The notes beneath the pieces were generated by a model. It was not told the origin of the DNA and ran no database searches. It saw only the letters and a program-made list of their open reading frames with translations. Shown here one piece after another: positions 17,286 to 26,218 of a stretch of 64,000 nt of DNA (positions are counted from its first letter, which is position 1; each line of letters begins with the position of its first letter). This DNA comes from Steroidobacteraceae bacterium. Its GTDB lineage: Bacteria; Chloroflexota; Limnocylindria; QHBO01. Made by a program: the position numbers and the translations under genes. Location of the stretch: NCBI GenBank assembly GCA_025935615.1, contig JAICUY010000001.1, forward strand, positions 688-64,687, given 5' to 3'.

Positions 17286-18267
17286 GCACCGCGCGATAGA
17301 CGTCCTCGAGGGTCGGCTCTCGCGTCGTACAGCCCTCGATCCGCAGTCCGCGATCGAGCAGCAGCTGCAGCACGGCGCTCAGGGAGCCGCGGCCACGATC
17401 CAGGCGCACGCTGATGCGCGAGCCGACGGTCGCTGCCGTCACGTCGGCCGCTTCGACGCCCGGCAGATCACACAACGCCGCCCGCACGGGCTCGGTCCGA
17501 CCGTCGACCGCGAGCTCGACGAAGCTCGAGAGTCCCATCCGCGCGCTCAGCTCACTCATACTGCCGACCTCGATCATCGCGCCGCGCCGCATGATCGCGA
17601 TCCGATCGCAGATGGCCTCGGCTTCGGAGAGCGCGTGCGTCGCCAGGAAGACGGTGTATCCGCGCTTCCCGACGATGTGGCTGGTGATGTAGGTGCGCAG
17701 CTCGTCCGCCGCGATCGGATCGAGGGCGCGAGTCGGCTCATCGAGAAACAGGATCTGCGGATCGGTCAGCATGCCGCGCGCGATTCCGAACTTCTGGCGG
17801 GTGCCGGTCGAATAGCTGTCGAAGCGCCGGTCGGCATACTCGCTGACGCCCAGCGTATCCAGCAGCTCGTCGATGCGCCGATCGATCAGGCGGCGCGGCA
17901 CGTGGTACAGCGTCGCGAAGTACCACAGGTTCTGGCGTCCGGTGAGGCGCCAGTAGAAGCTGCGTTCGTCACCACTCACCAGCCCGATCAGCTGCCGGAC
18001 GCGATGCGGCTCGTCCACCACGTCGTGGCCGCCCACCAGCGCACGCCCCGAGGTCGGAAGCAGGGTCGTCGTCAGCATCCGGATCAGCGTCGTCTTTCCC
18101 GCACCGTTCTCGCCGAGCAGACCGAACAGCTCGCCGCGCCGCACACTCAGGTCGACGCCGTCGACGGCGGCGTCGCGTGCCGGCTGACGACCGTAGCGCA
18201 GCAGGTCCCGATAGCCGCTCACACGGCGGAACCGCTTGGTCAGATGCTCCGTTTCGATCGCGTTCAC
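17272..18267 (-). CDS. ABC transporter ATP-binding protein (DrrA/ABC-2 type)
   Basis: Walker A GENGAGKTT, signature YSTGTRQKF, Walker B ILFLDEPT. A GTG at 18267 is preceded by GGAG. The track ORF extends to 18369. Confidence 0.88.
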   Translation of the reverse strand: MNAIETEHLTKRFRRVSGYRDLLRYGRQPARDAAVDGVDLSVRRGELFGLLGENGAGKTTLIRMLTTTLLPTSGRALVGGHDVVDEPHRVRQLIGLVSGDERSFYWRLTGRQNLWYFATLYHVPRRLIDRRIDELLDTLGVSEYADRRFDSYSTGTRQKFGIARGMLTDPQILFLDEPTRALDPIAADELRTYITSHIVGKRGYTVFLATHALSEAEAICDRIAIMRRGAMIEVGSMSELSARMGLSSFVELAVDGRTEPVRAALCDLPGVEAADVTAATVGSRISVRLDRGRGSLSAVLQLLLDRGLRIEGCTTREPTLEDVYRAVHADA

Positions 18268-18461
18268 ACGACGCTCCGCTGGTCCTCGGCTCCCTCCGTT
18301 CGCCGGCACATGATGCCGGGCGGCGCGAAGGGGTGGCAGTATGCATCGCCTAGCGGTCGCGCGCCGCATGACGTTCAGTCGCCGGGAGGCCCACTCTGCC
18401 GTTCCTTCGTCGGTTTTCCGGTCGGCGCCTTCCGGGCACCCGATCCGAGCGCGACGCAGCG

Positions 18462-19586
18462 GTGCGCCTACTGTGCCTCTTGGTGGCGGATGAGGCGCCC
18501 GCGCCGGACACGGTCATGGCGCTGCTCCGCCAGACGACCGTGCCCGCTGTCCTGGCGCTCGCGCGCTACCACGCCGTGGCCGGACTCGCCTACGAGCGCC
18601 TCGATCCAGTGCCGGTGCCTGAGCCGTTGCTTCGCGGCCTGGCAGATCTTCGCGAGCAGGCGGTCCGCCGTCACCTCCTGGTGACCTGGGCGCTCGCCCG
18701 GCTGCAGCCACTCCTCGACGCGTCCTCCGTGGCGTGGTCGGTCGTCAAAGGGCCGGTGCTCGCAGAGCTGTACGCGGCGCCGGGGCGGCGCAGCTATCGC
18801 GATCTCGATCTGCTCGTCGATCCTGCGGGCTTTCCCGACGTCCTCGCACGTCTCCAGGAGGCGGGCGGCGAGCTGCTCGATACCAACTGGCGCGTCCTTC
18901 GTCGTGAGCTGCGTGGCGAGCTCCACCTCGTCCTGTCCGGTGGCGTGCCACTCGACCTGCACTGGTCGCTGATCAACATGTATCGGGCCGATACGGCTAT
19001 CGACACGTCCGAGATCCTGGGACGGCGGGTGGCGGTCGAGCTCGGCGGCGTGCCCGCCTGGAGCCTCGAGCCCAGCGACCGACTCATCCATCTGGCGGTT
19101 CACGGAGCGCTGTCAGGCGCCGACCGGCTGGTGTGGATCAAGGATGTGGACCTCGCCGCTCGTGACGCGGCGGTCGATTGGAGCGCGGTCGCCGAGCGAA
19201 GCCGCCGTTGGAAGGTGGCGCGCCCGGTGGGGCTGATGCTGTACCGCGCCGCACGCACCCTCGAGACGCCGCTGCCCCGTGGTCTCGCGGACAGCCTGCT
19301 GGGGCGCCGCTACCGCCGTGTCGCCGACCTCATCGACCGATACTCGCCCTGGCAGCAGGCGCTCGGCAGGGTGACGACGCCGAGCCTGCTGCTGGCGCGC
19401 AGCAGCGGCCAGGGCCCGGTCGGGACGATCGGCTGGCTCGCGCGACGGACGGTTCGCAATCTCGACCCGCGCGAGCCGGCCGCCTCGTCGGCGTTCACGC
19501 CAGCCGGCAGCGACGACGACCGCCGCGCCTACCTAGCGGCGGTCGCCGACGTGGCCAATCCTGCTCGGCGCTCGGTCAGGGAGTGA
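18462..19586 (+). CDS. Nucleotidyltransferase-family protein (uncharacterised NTP_transf_5 / PF14907 type)
   Basis: YRDLDLLVDPAGF (DxD) and LDLHWSL pattern. GTG start. Divergent from the ABC/kinase operon. Confidence 0.68.
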   Translation: MRLLCLLVADEAPAPDTVMALLRQTTVPAVLALARYHAVAGLAYERLDPVPVPEPLLRGLADLREQAVRRHLLVTWALARLQPLLDASSVAWSVVKGPVLAELYAAPGRRSYRDLDLLVDPAGFPDVLARLQEAGGELLDTNWRVLRRELRGELHLVLSGGVPLDLHWSLINMYRADTAIDTSEILGRRVAVELGGVPAWSLEPSDRLIHLAVHGALSGADRLVWIKDVDLAARDAAVDWSAVAERSRRWKVARPVGLMLYRAARTLETPLPRGLADSLLGRRYRRVADLIDRYSPWQQALGRVTTPSLLLARSSGQGPVGTIGWLARRTVRNLDPREPAASSAFTPAGSDDDRRAYLAAVADVANPARRSVRE

Positions 19587-21615
19587 CGGCCAGCTGATCC
19601 CAGGTCGCGGGAAAGACCGGCGAATTCAGACCCTGCGAGGTGGCGATGATGCCCGCGGCCAGCGGCCGGCCGTCGAGCCACGAGGCCGGGACCGTGCGCC
19701 GGGCGTCGTTGCCGCCGAAGTCACGCCAGTGATCGCCACCGTCGAGCGAGTACTTCGGCACATACGTGTTCGTCGCCGTCTTGACCGCGATGCGCAGATC
19801 GACACACGCCGCACCCGCGATGTCCGGGTCGGCGCGGCGGCTGAGCCCACGGCCCGTCCCCCTGACCTCGCGGACGTCATGGACCGACGAGGTATCACCC
19901 TTCACGTCGACCACGGCCTTGATGTAGTCGTCCTGCTGGCCGAGCCCGAAGAACACGCCCACCGCCTGGTAGGGCACGTCCGGATACGGTGAGCACACGC
20001 GACCCCGCACGAAGAAGTTCGTGCCATTCGGGACGAAGGCGCGCTGGAAGGCATAGCGCTGCCGATTCTCATGATCGATGGCATCGCCCTCCGGGACCGC
20101 ATTGATGGTGAGCCTGCCACCGCTGACATCGACGTTGGCGGCGTCGTACAGCGACGTGTACGGCCCATTGGCGTTGTACATCACGCCGTCGAAGCCGAGG
20201 TCCTGGAGCAGCGTGGCGTCGCTGACCGGTCCGTCGAAGTCGAGCGTGAACGAAGCCGCGGCTCCGCTGCCATTGGCCGGATCGAGTGCGAAGGCATCGC
20301 AACCGTCGCTGATGCCATCGCCATCGTGATCGCCGGCCATCGCCACAGTGACCGATACGGTGGCGGTGTCCGTCCCGCTGCGCCCGTCACCCACACGGTA
20401 GGTCAGCGTATCCGGGCCGGTGTACGAAGCGTCAGGACGGTAGCTGATGGCCCGGCCGTTGCGGACGATCGACGCCGTTCCATGACCCGGCTGGTTGGTG
20501 ATGCTCGTCATGCTCAGGTGATCGCCATCCGGATCGCTATCGTTGCGCAGCACCCAGAACAGGCGACTGCAGTCCTCGGCCACGGACATGGTGTCCGCCG
20601 CGGCAATCGGCGCGTGGTCACCGAGCGCCCGCGCCACCGCCGACGAAACCTGATCGGTCCCGCCGATGACGATGATCTTTGTCGGCGTCAGCCGCAGGAT
20701 TTCGCGCCGGGTGCTGGGCGGGATCGAGTCATGCTTGACGAGCAGCACCGGGCCCTGGCCCTTGGTGGCAGTCCCCGCGCCCATCGCATACGGCAGCGCC
20801 GTGCCGCTCACCACCCAGACGGTGGAGACCCGCGAAGTGAAGTGACGCCGACTGGTCTTGGCAACCGTCGAGTATTGCGTTGGGCCGGACTCGCGCCGCA
20901 CGGTGGCGATGGTGGCCAGCCGATCCGCGACGGCCGCCGAGATGACATCCGTGCCGCCGGCGATGATGATGCGATCGGGGTTGAGCCGGCGAAGCTCCGT
21001 AGCGGTCGACGCCGGTAGGCTGCCCGCGCGAGAGAACAGGATCGGTCCGCGCCCGTGGGCCGCGGGTGCGGCTCCCAGTGCCCAGGCGGCCTTGTTCGGG
21101 TTGGCGATGTACGCCATCTTGGCGCCCGCGTTGAATCGCGCCTGACTGACGTCAACCGCCGTGCCGTAGCGCGAATGGCCAGTGCGCCGCACGACCGGCG
21201 CGATCGCCCGCAGAGAGCGCCGGACGGCGGTTGACACCTGTCCGGCCGGACCGACGATCACGATGCGGTCGGGCCGCAGGCGCTCGAGCTCGTTGCGCGT
21301 CACGCTCGGAACGTGATCTCGCTTCACCAGCAGGACCGGTCCATGCTTGACCGCGGCAGCCGCCGCGACGAGTCCCTCGGCGGGACGATCACCGTTGACC
21401 ACGTAGACGACCGATACTCCGGCCGCGAAATGCAGCCGACTGACCCGCGCCGCGGTCGAGTACCGATTCGACCCGGCCTCGCGGATGTAGGTCGACGCGG
21501 CAACCGGCGCCGCGGATCGAAATGCGGGTGCGATCGAGGCTCCGGCGATAAGAAGGCCGGACATCAGACCAACGAAAACGGGCCGCACTGAACGGCCAAT
21601 GAGCAGGCTGGGCAC
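19576..21615 (-). CDS. Secreted multidomain surface protein: signal peptide, 3-4 cell-wall-binding-2 (CWB2)-like repeats, cadherin/Ig-like domain, Asp-rich calcium-type motif, C-terminal lectin/LamG-like domain
   Basis: Repeats of the type SGxxRYxTAxxVSxxxF...VVNG...VLL...P..T..EL.RL.P.RIxIxGG...VS. Also VLRNDSDPDGDHL and DHDGDGISDGCD. Confidence 0.7.
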   Translation of the reverse strand: MPSLLIGRSVRPVFVGLMSGLLIAGASIAPAFRSAAPVAASTYIREAGSNRYSTAARVSRLHFAAGVSVVYVVNGDRPAEGLVAAAAAVKHGPVLLVKRDHVPSVTRNELERLRPDRIVIVGPAGQVSTAVRRSLRAIAPVVRRTGHSRYGTAVDVSQARFNAGAKMAYIANPNKAAWALGAAPAAHGRGPILFSRAGSLPASTATELRRLNPDRIIIAGGTDVISAAVADRLATIATVRRESGPTQYSTVAKTSRRHFTSRVSTVWVVSGTALPYAMGAGTATKGQGPVLLVKHDSIPPSTRREILRLTPTKIIVIGGTDQVSSAVARALGDHAPIAAADTMSVAEDCSRLFWVLRNDSDPDGDHLSMTSITNQPGHGTASIVRNGRAISYRPDASYTGPDTLTYRVGDGRSGTDTATVSVTVAMAGDHDGDGISDGCDAFALDPANGSGAAASFTLDFDGPVSDATLLQDLGFDGVMYNANGPYTSLYDAANVDVSGGRLTINAVPEGDAIDHENRQRYAFQRAFVPNGTNFFVRGRVCSPYPDVPYQAVGVFFGLGQQDDYIKAVVDVKGDTSSVHDVREVRGTGRGLSRRADPDIAGAACVDLRIAVKTATNTYVPKYSLDGGDHWRDFGGNDARRTVPASWLDGRPLAAGIIATSQGLNSPVFPATWDQLAVTP

Positions 21616-21716
21616 GATTACTCTCCTCCCCGGATTTGGCAGCTCGCGGACGATACCCGAATGGGGGATGCTGTGTCGAGACTTTCGTACGACGGCGCCA
21701 GGCAGGTTTCGGCTGG

Positions 21717-22904
21717 TCAGGCGTCACCGGGCAACGGGACACCGACCGGCACGAGCCCTTGCTGGCGCAGCTCCCGCCACAGGTCGCCGGGAATCGGACG
21801 GGTGAAGTTGTGCACGTTCTCCTCGAGCTCGGCGACGGACCGCACCCCGACCAGGACGGTGCCGACGGCCGGATGGGCCAGCGGGAACTGCATCGCCGCG
21901 GCGGCCAGCGGCACGCCATGGCGTTCGCACACCTCCTGCATGCGAAGCGCGCGCTTCAGCGGCTCGCTGCTGCCGCCGACGGCGTGGTAGTCGAAGGCCG
22001 CTCCCGGTCGCGGATCGGCCAGGATGCCGCTGTTGAAGACCCCGCCGATGTTGACGCTCATGCCTCGCTCGGCTGCGGCGGGCAGGAGGTCGCGCAGGCC
22101 GGTCTGATTGAGGAGCGTGTATCGGCCCGCCAGCAGGAAGCAGTCGAAATCGGCCTCGCGGGCGAAGCGGGCCAGCGGCGCCGATTCGTTCATGCCGACG
22201 CCGATGGCCTGCACCGAACCGTCGCCGCGCAGCCGATCGAGGGCCCGATAGGCGCCCTCCAATGCCTCGCGATGATGCGTATCGGGGTCGTGGATGAAGA
22301 GCATCTCGACCCGATCGACTCCCAAGCGCTGGAGACTCGACTCGACGGACCGCATCACGCCGTCGTAGCTGAAGTCGAAGTAGGCCTCGAGCGCCCGCTC
22401 GTCGCCGCGATCGAACGGAAAGCCGAGGCCGTAGGCCGGATCCTTGCCCGTCAGCCGCCGCGCCACCCGTCCGGCATGTCGTGCGATCAGCGCGGGGCCG
22501 CGTTCGGGCCCGACCACCGACTGCTTCAGGACCGAGGCGACCTTGCGCGTGGTCGACACGCGGCGCAGCCGCCGCCCGACCTTGGTCGAGATCACGACCG
22601 CATCGCGCGGGATGCCGCGGATGGCATGGCCGACGCGCGTCTCGGCCAGGCCGGCGCCGTACTGCGGGGCCGTATCGATCAGGCGGACGCCGAGCTCCAC
22701 CGCTCGCGCCACGATGCGTCCGGCTTCGTCGTCGTCTACCACGATGCCCAGCTCGCCGAGCATGTTGCCCATCGCCACCGTGCCGAGCCCCAGGCGCGGT
22801 GCGCGCAGCGCTGTCGTGCCAACCGTGAAGGTGCCGATCCCGGTGTGCGGGCGCTCATCGATGGGGGTGGTCACCGTCGGGCGTTCTCCTTCGCGCTGGG
22901 GCAT
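21717..22904 (-). CDS. Aldo/keto reductase family oxidoreductase
   Basis: LGLGTVAMGN, IDTAPQYGAG, and C-terminal VLVGVRSVAELEENV. Confidence 0.8.
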   Translation of the reverse strand: MPQREGERPTVTTPIDERPHTGIGTFTVGTTALRAPRLGLGTVAMGNMLGELGIVVDDDEAGRIVARAVELGVRLIDTAPQYGAGLAETRVGHAIRGIPRDAVVISTKVGRRLRRVSTTRKVASVLKQSVVGPERGPALIARHAGRVARRLTGKDPAYGLGFPFDRGDERALEAYFDFSYDGVMRSVESSLQRLGVDRVEMLFIHDPDTHHREALEGAYRALDRLRGDGSVQAIGVGMNESAPLARFAREADFDCFLLAGRYTLLNQTGLRDLLPAAAERGMSVNIGGVFNSGILADPRPGAAFDYHAVGGSSEPLKRALRMQEVCERHGVPLAAAAMQFPLAHPAVGTVLVGVRSVAELEENVHNFTRPIPGDLWRELRQQGLVPVGVPLPGDA

Positions 22905-23303
22905 TCAGGGCAGTTGAGCGGCGACGAGCAGCACCGCGGGCAGCAACCCTAGCCCGAGCAGGTAGGTCAGCGCCAGCGCGCGGTGCGTGGCGGCAACGGC
23001 ACCCAGGCTGGAAAGGGCCGCCAGGGCAAGGAAGGTCGGGATCGGCGCCCAGGCATTGACGTAGATGACGGTGGTCGCCGCCAGGCCGGCGATCGACAGG
23101 CTGACCGGAACCGTGAGTGCCATCTTGGCCGCCCGGTCGCGCAGGCCGGCCACGCTCAGAAAGGCCCAGCCGGGTGCGACGCCCACGAAGGCCACCAGCA
23201 CCACTTCGCGCAACGGAAAGGCCGGCAGCACAGCCGCGACCGACGCGACTAGTGCGGACAGAGGCAACCAGGCGAGCGGTGCCCGGAGCACGCGCATCGT
23301 CAT
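22905..23303 (-). CDS. Hypothetical membrane protein (4 TM)
   Basis: Hydrophobic 132-aa ORF abutting the AKR start and overlapping the upstream gene stop by 4 nt. Confidence 0.5.
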   Translation of the reverse strand: MTMRVLRAPLAWLPLSALVASVAAVLPAFPLREVVLVAFVGVAPGWAFLSVAGLRDRAAKMALTVPVSLSIAGLAATTVIYVNAWAPIPTFLALAALSSLGAVAATHRALALTYLLGLGLLPAVLLVAAQLP

Positions 23304-25180
23304 CGCCGCGCGAACGCATCCATGCGGTACACCGCCGCGTCCGGATTGACGTAGACCAGCGTCCCCCGCCGAACGAGCTCGTCGACGCGCGACGACCAGT
23401 CCTGCTCGGACATGCCATACACGAGCCGCGCGTACTGGTGCTGGCTGCGGCTGATGATGAGCCAGGCGTGCCCGCCGTCGGGTGCCCGCGAGCGCATCTC
23501 GCCCACCAGCCCGTCGATGTCGTCGTCGCGGAAGAACCTTGCCAGATTGGGGTCGGCGTGCTGCTCGTATTCGGCGTAGCCAAGCGCCACGCGCGTGTTG
23601 ACGCCTGCGATGGGTTCACCCGGGTCGGCGTGATCCGTCACGAACTGGAGCGCCTGATACTCGTCGGCGGTGACCATCTCGTACGCCTCGTTGCCGTACC
23701 GCGTCAGGATGAACGTGCCGGCCATGGCCATCGAGGCCAGGATGACGACGACCGACAGGCGCCACGACGCTCGGTTTTCGTCGGGCAGGAAGGCGGCCGC
23801 CACGAAGAAGGCAACGGCGGGCAGCGAGAACAGGTAGATCCGCAGCAGGATCTCGCCGCCGTAGCTCTGCAGCAGGATGAGCCCGAACGGCACGACCCCG
23901 AGCACCGCCAGCGAGAGGTCGATGCGCCGCTGCCAGAGCCGACGCATGGCACCCACCACCGCCAGCAACCAGATCGCCGCGGTGAACGCCAGGCGACCGA
24001 CGACGACGACCTGGTGCCCGAAGCTTCCGACGAGGCGGTCGGTGACGTTGGCTGCAGCGTTCTGGTTGGCCTGACCGATGCCTTGGACCAAGCCCCCCAG
24101 GTGGCCGCTCAGGTAGGTCACGGCCATGAATCCGAACCAGCCACTCAGCAGAACCACCATCGTCAGCAGGAGGCTTCGCGGACCGATACGGCCGAGAACC
24201 ATCAGCGCCATCACCGCTGCCAGGATGGCGAACGGGGTGAGCTGGTGGCTCGCCACCGACATGGCGGTGAGCAGCCCGATTGCCGCCACCAGCCCGACCT
24301 CTTCGCGCTCCGTGACCAGGGTCTGCGCACGCTGCACGGCCGTCGAGGTGGGATCGATGAATGCGTCCCGCATTCTTCGCGGAACGGCGTTCAACGCCGC
24401 CCCCAGCCACCGCCATGGTGGTGTCGGCCACCGGCCCGGGCGCCGGAACCAGGTCAGCAGGATCGCGATGATCGAAAGGTAAAGGAGCAGGTTGAATCCC
24501 TGCGGCGAGAAGTAGTCCTGCGCCACCCAATTGGTCAGGCAGAAGAACCAGATGCCGAGCCAGATGAGGCGGGCATCCGATGTGGCGGACCGCATGATGA
24601 GGTACAGCGGCGGCAGGTAGAGCAGCGTCTGCGCGGTTGGGACCCATGCCAGGATTCCCAGGAGATCGAGGCCGCTGACCGAGCTCACGAACGCGCTGAG
24701 CACGAAGAAGGCCGGCCAGTCGAAACGCGCATCCCGCAACGGGAACAGGTCGCCGGTGCGAGCGATCGCGTCGCTGAATCCAACGTGAAGCCAGGCCGTC
24801 ACGAACCGCGGCGCCTGTTCGAAGAAGGCCGGAGCCCCGTACAGCATCACGACCAGGGCGACGATCTGGAGGGCCAGCAGTGTCCCGCTCAGGGGGCGAA
24901 GACGCAGCGACAGGACGAACGCAGCCGTCAGCAATCCCACGCATCCCAGCGCCGGAAGCGGCACGATCGAGATGATCCCGAAGTCGTCGATTGCCCGAAC
25001 GTCGAGGCGCGACATCAGCGCCACCCAGACCGCCAGGGCCACCACGCTCAGCGCCGCAATGACCGCGATCGTGATCCGCCGGCCGGCGAAGGCACCGCTC
25101 CACGTCAGGTCCCGCCCGCCGCGAGGCAGCCAAGAGCGTACCGGGCTGACCCGAACGTCACGCAGCTGGGATTCTTCCAC
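23300..25180 (-). CDS. Large polytopic membrane protein with C-terminal extracytoplasmic domain (possible GT-C-like glycosyltransferase or polymerase)
   Basis: More than 12 hydrophobic segments, then a soluble tail of about 150 aa. The start is uncertain: an in-frame GTG at about 25180 avoids overlap with the divergent small ORF, while the track ORF runs to 25369. Confidence 0.6.
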   Translation of the reverse strand: MEESQLRDVRVSPVRSWLPRGGRDLTWSGAFAGRRITIAVIAALSVVALAVWVALMSRLDVRAIDDFGIISIVPLPALGCVGLLTAAFVLSLRLRPLSGTLLALQIVALVVMLYGAPAFFEQAPRFVTAWLHVGFSDAIARTGDLFPLRDARFDWPAFFVLSAFVSSVSGLDLLGILAWVPTAQTLLYLPPLYLIMRSATSDARLIWLGIWFFCLTNWVAQDYFSPQGFNLLLYLSIIAILLTWFRRPGRWPTPPWRWLGAALNAVPRRMRDAFIDPTSTAVQRAQTLVTEREEVGLVAAIGLLTAMSVASHQLTPFAILAAVMALMVLGRIGPRSLLLTMVVLLSGWFGFMAVTYLSGHLGGLVQGIGQANQNAAANVTDRLVGSFGHQVVVVGRLAFTAAIWLLAVVGAMRRLWQRRIDLSLAVLGVVPFGLILLQSYGGEILLRIYLFSLPAVAFFVAAAFLPDENRASWRLSVVVILASMAMAGTFILTRYGNEAYEMVTADEYQALQFVTDHADPGEPIAGVNTRVALGYAEYEQHADPNLARFFRDDDIDGLVGEMRSRAPDGGHAWLIISRSQHQYARLVYGMSEQDWSSRVDELVRRGTLVYVNPDAAVYRMDAFARR

Positions 25181-25198
25181 CGTCGAAGAGCCTATACG

Positions 25199-25453
25199 AT
25201 GGCCGTCGTGACCACCACGGTGAACGATTTCCTGGCAGAGGTGGCGGCAGCCGGCGGGCCGCCGCTCTACCTCCTGCACGTCATCGTCATCGTCGTCCTG
25301 TTCGTCATTCTCCTCGAGCGAGGCATGCTCGACCGCCGCCGGCTCGTCCGTCATGTGCGTGCCAGGCAATTTCTGACCGCCGTGTCGATCCCTCTGATCG
25401 TGGCATGGGTCGTCGCGATCAGCGAGCGTGTCGCAGAGTTCCTGCGCCCGTGA
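25199..25453 (+). CDS. Small (84 aa) two-TM membrane protein
   Basis: This is the C-terminal part of the otherwise antisense track ORF 23117-25453. It has an ATG start and hydrophobic, protein-like sequence (LYLLHVIVIVVLFVILL, AVSIPLIVAWVVAI). Its TGA overlaps the GTG of the next gene (GTGA). Confidence 0.45.
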   Translation: MAVVTTTVNDFLAEVAAAGGPPLYLLHVIVIVVLFVILLERGMLDRRRLVRHVRARQFLTAVSIPLIVAWVVAISERVAEFLRP

Positions 25454-26190
25454 CGCAGCTCGCGCGGCGATCTGAGGCCGTGGATCCGCGGCTGCCCCTG
25501 TACGTCGCCGCGGTGGTCACCGCCGAAGCGGTGCTGACCTTCAACGTGACGATGAGCCTCGTCCTGCACGCCTGCGTGCTGCTGGCCGTGGCGACCGAGC
25601 AGGCGTTCTCCCGCGCGCCGCACCAGCCCGCGATCGTGGCCCTCACGCTGGTGCCGATCATCCGCCTGCTCGGGGCTGCGCTGGTCGGACCGCCGTTCCC
25701 GTACCTGCTGTGGTACGTCCTCGTCGGCGTGCCCGCCCTCGTCTGCGCATTGCTCGTTGCACGTGCCATCGGACTGACGGGGGCGGTGCTGGGCCTCGCC
25801 CGTCCCCGATCGCTCGCCATCGAGGCTGCGATCGTCGCGTGCGGCGTGCCGGCTGGCCTCCTGGGACTCGCCATCCCCGACCGCCCGCTCAGCGTGCCGG
25901 GCGACCCGAACCTCGGCCTGCTGGCGCTCACCTTCCTCCCGTGTGTTGCCCTGCTCGAGGAGCTCGTGTTCCGCGGCGTGTTGCCGCGCAGCATCGGTCC
26001 GGCTCACCCCATCCTGGCCATCGCCCTTCCGTCACTGGTCTACGGTTCGATGTATCTGGGTGGCGGTGCGGCGAGCGCGGCATTGATGGCGGGGTTGGGC
26101 GCCATCGCCACGCTTGCGAGTTGGCGAAGCGGAAGCCTCATCGGCGTCATCGGTGCCCATCTCGTCTTTCGGATCGTGCTTCAGCTCTAG
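25450..26190 (+). CDS. CPBP-family intramembrane glutamic endopeptidase (CAAX protease / Abi type)
   Basis: Motif 1 is EELVFRGVL. Multi-TM protein. C-terminal AHLVFRIV. Confidence 0.72.
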   Translation: MTQLARRSEAVDPRLPLYVAAVVTAEAVLTFNVTMSLVLHACVLLAVATEQAFSRAPHQPAIVALTLVPIIRLLGAALVGPPFPYLLWYVLVGVPALVCALLVARAIGLTGAVLGLARPRSLAIEAAIVACGVPAGLLGLAIPDRPLSVPGDPNLGLLALTFLPCVALLEELVFRGVLPRSIGPAHPILAIALPSLVYGSMYLGGGAASAALMAGLGAIATLASWRSGSLIGVIGAHLVFRIVLQL

Positions 26191-26218
26191 GCTGCCTGCG
26201 CGCTCGACCTCTCAACAT

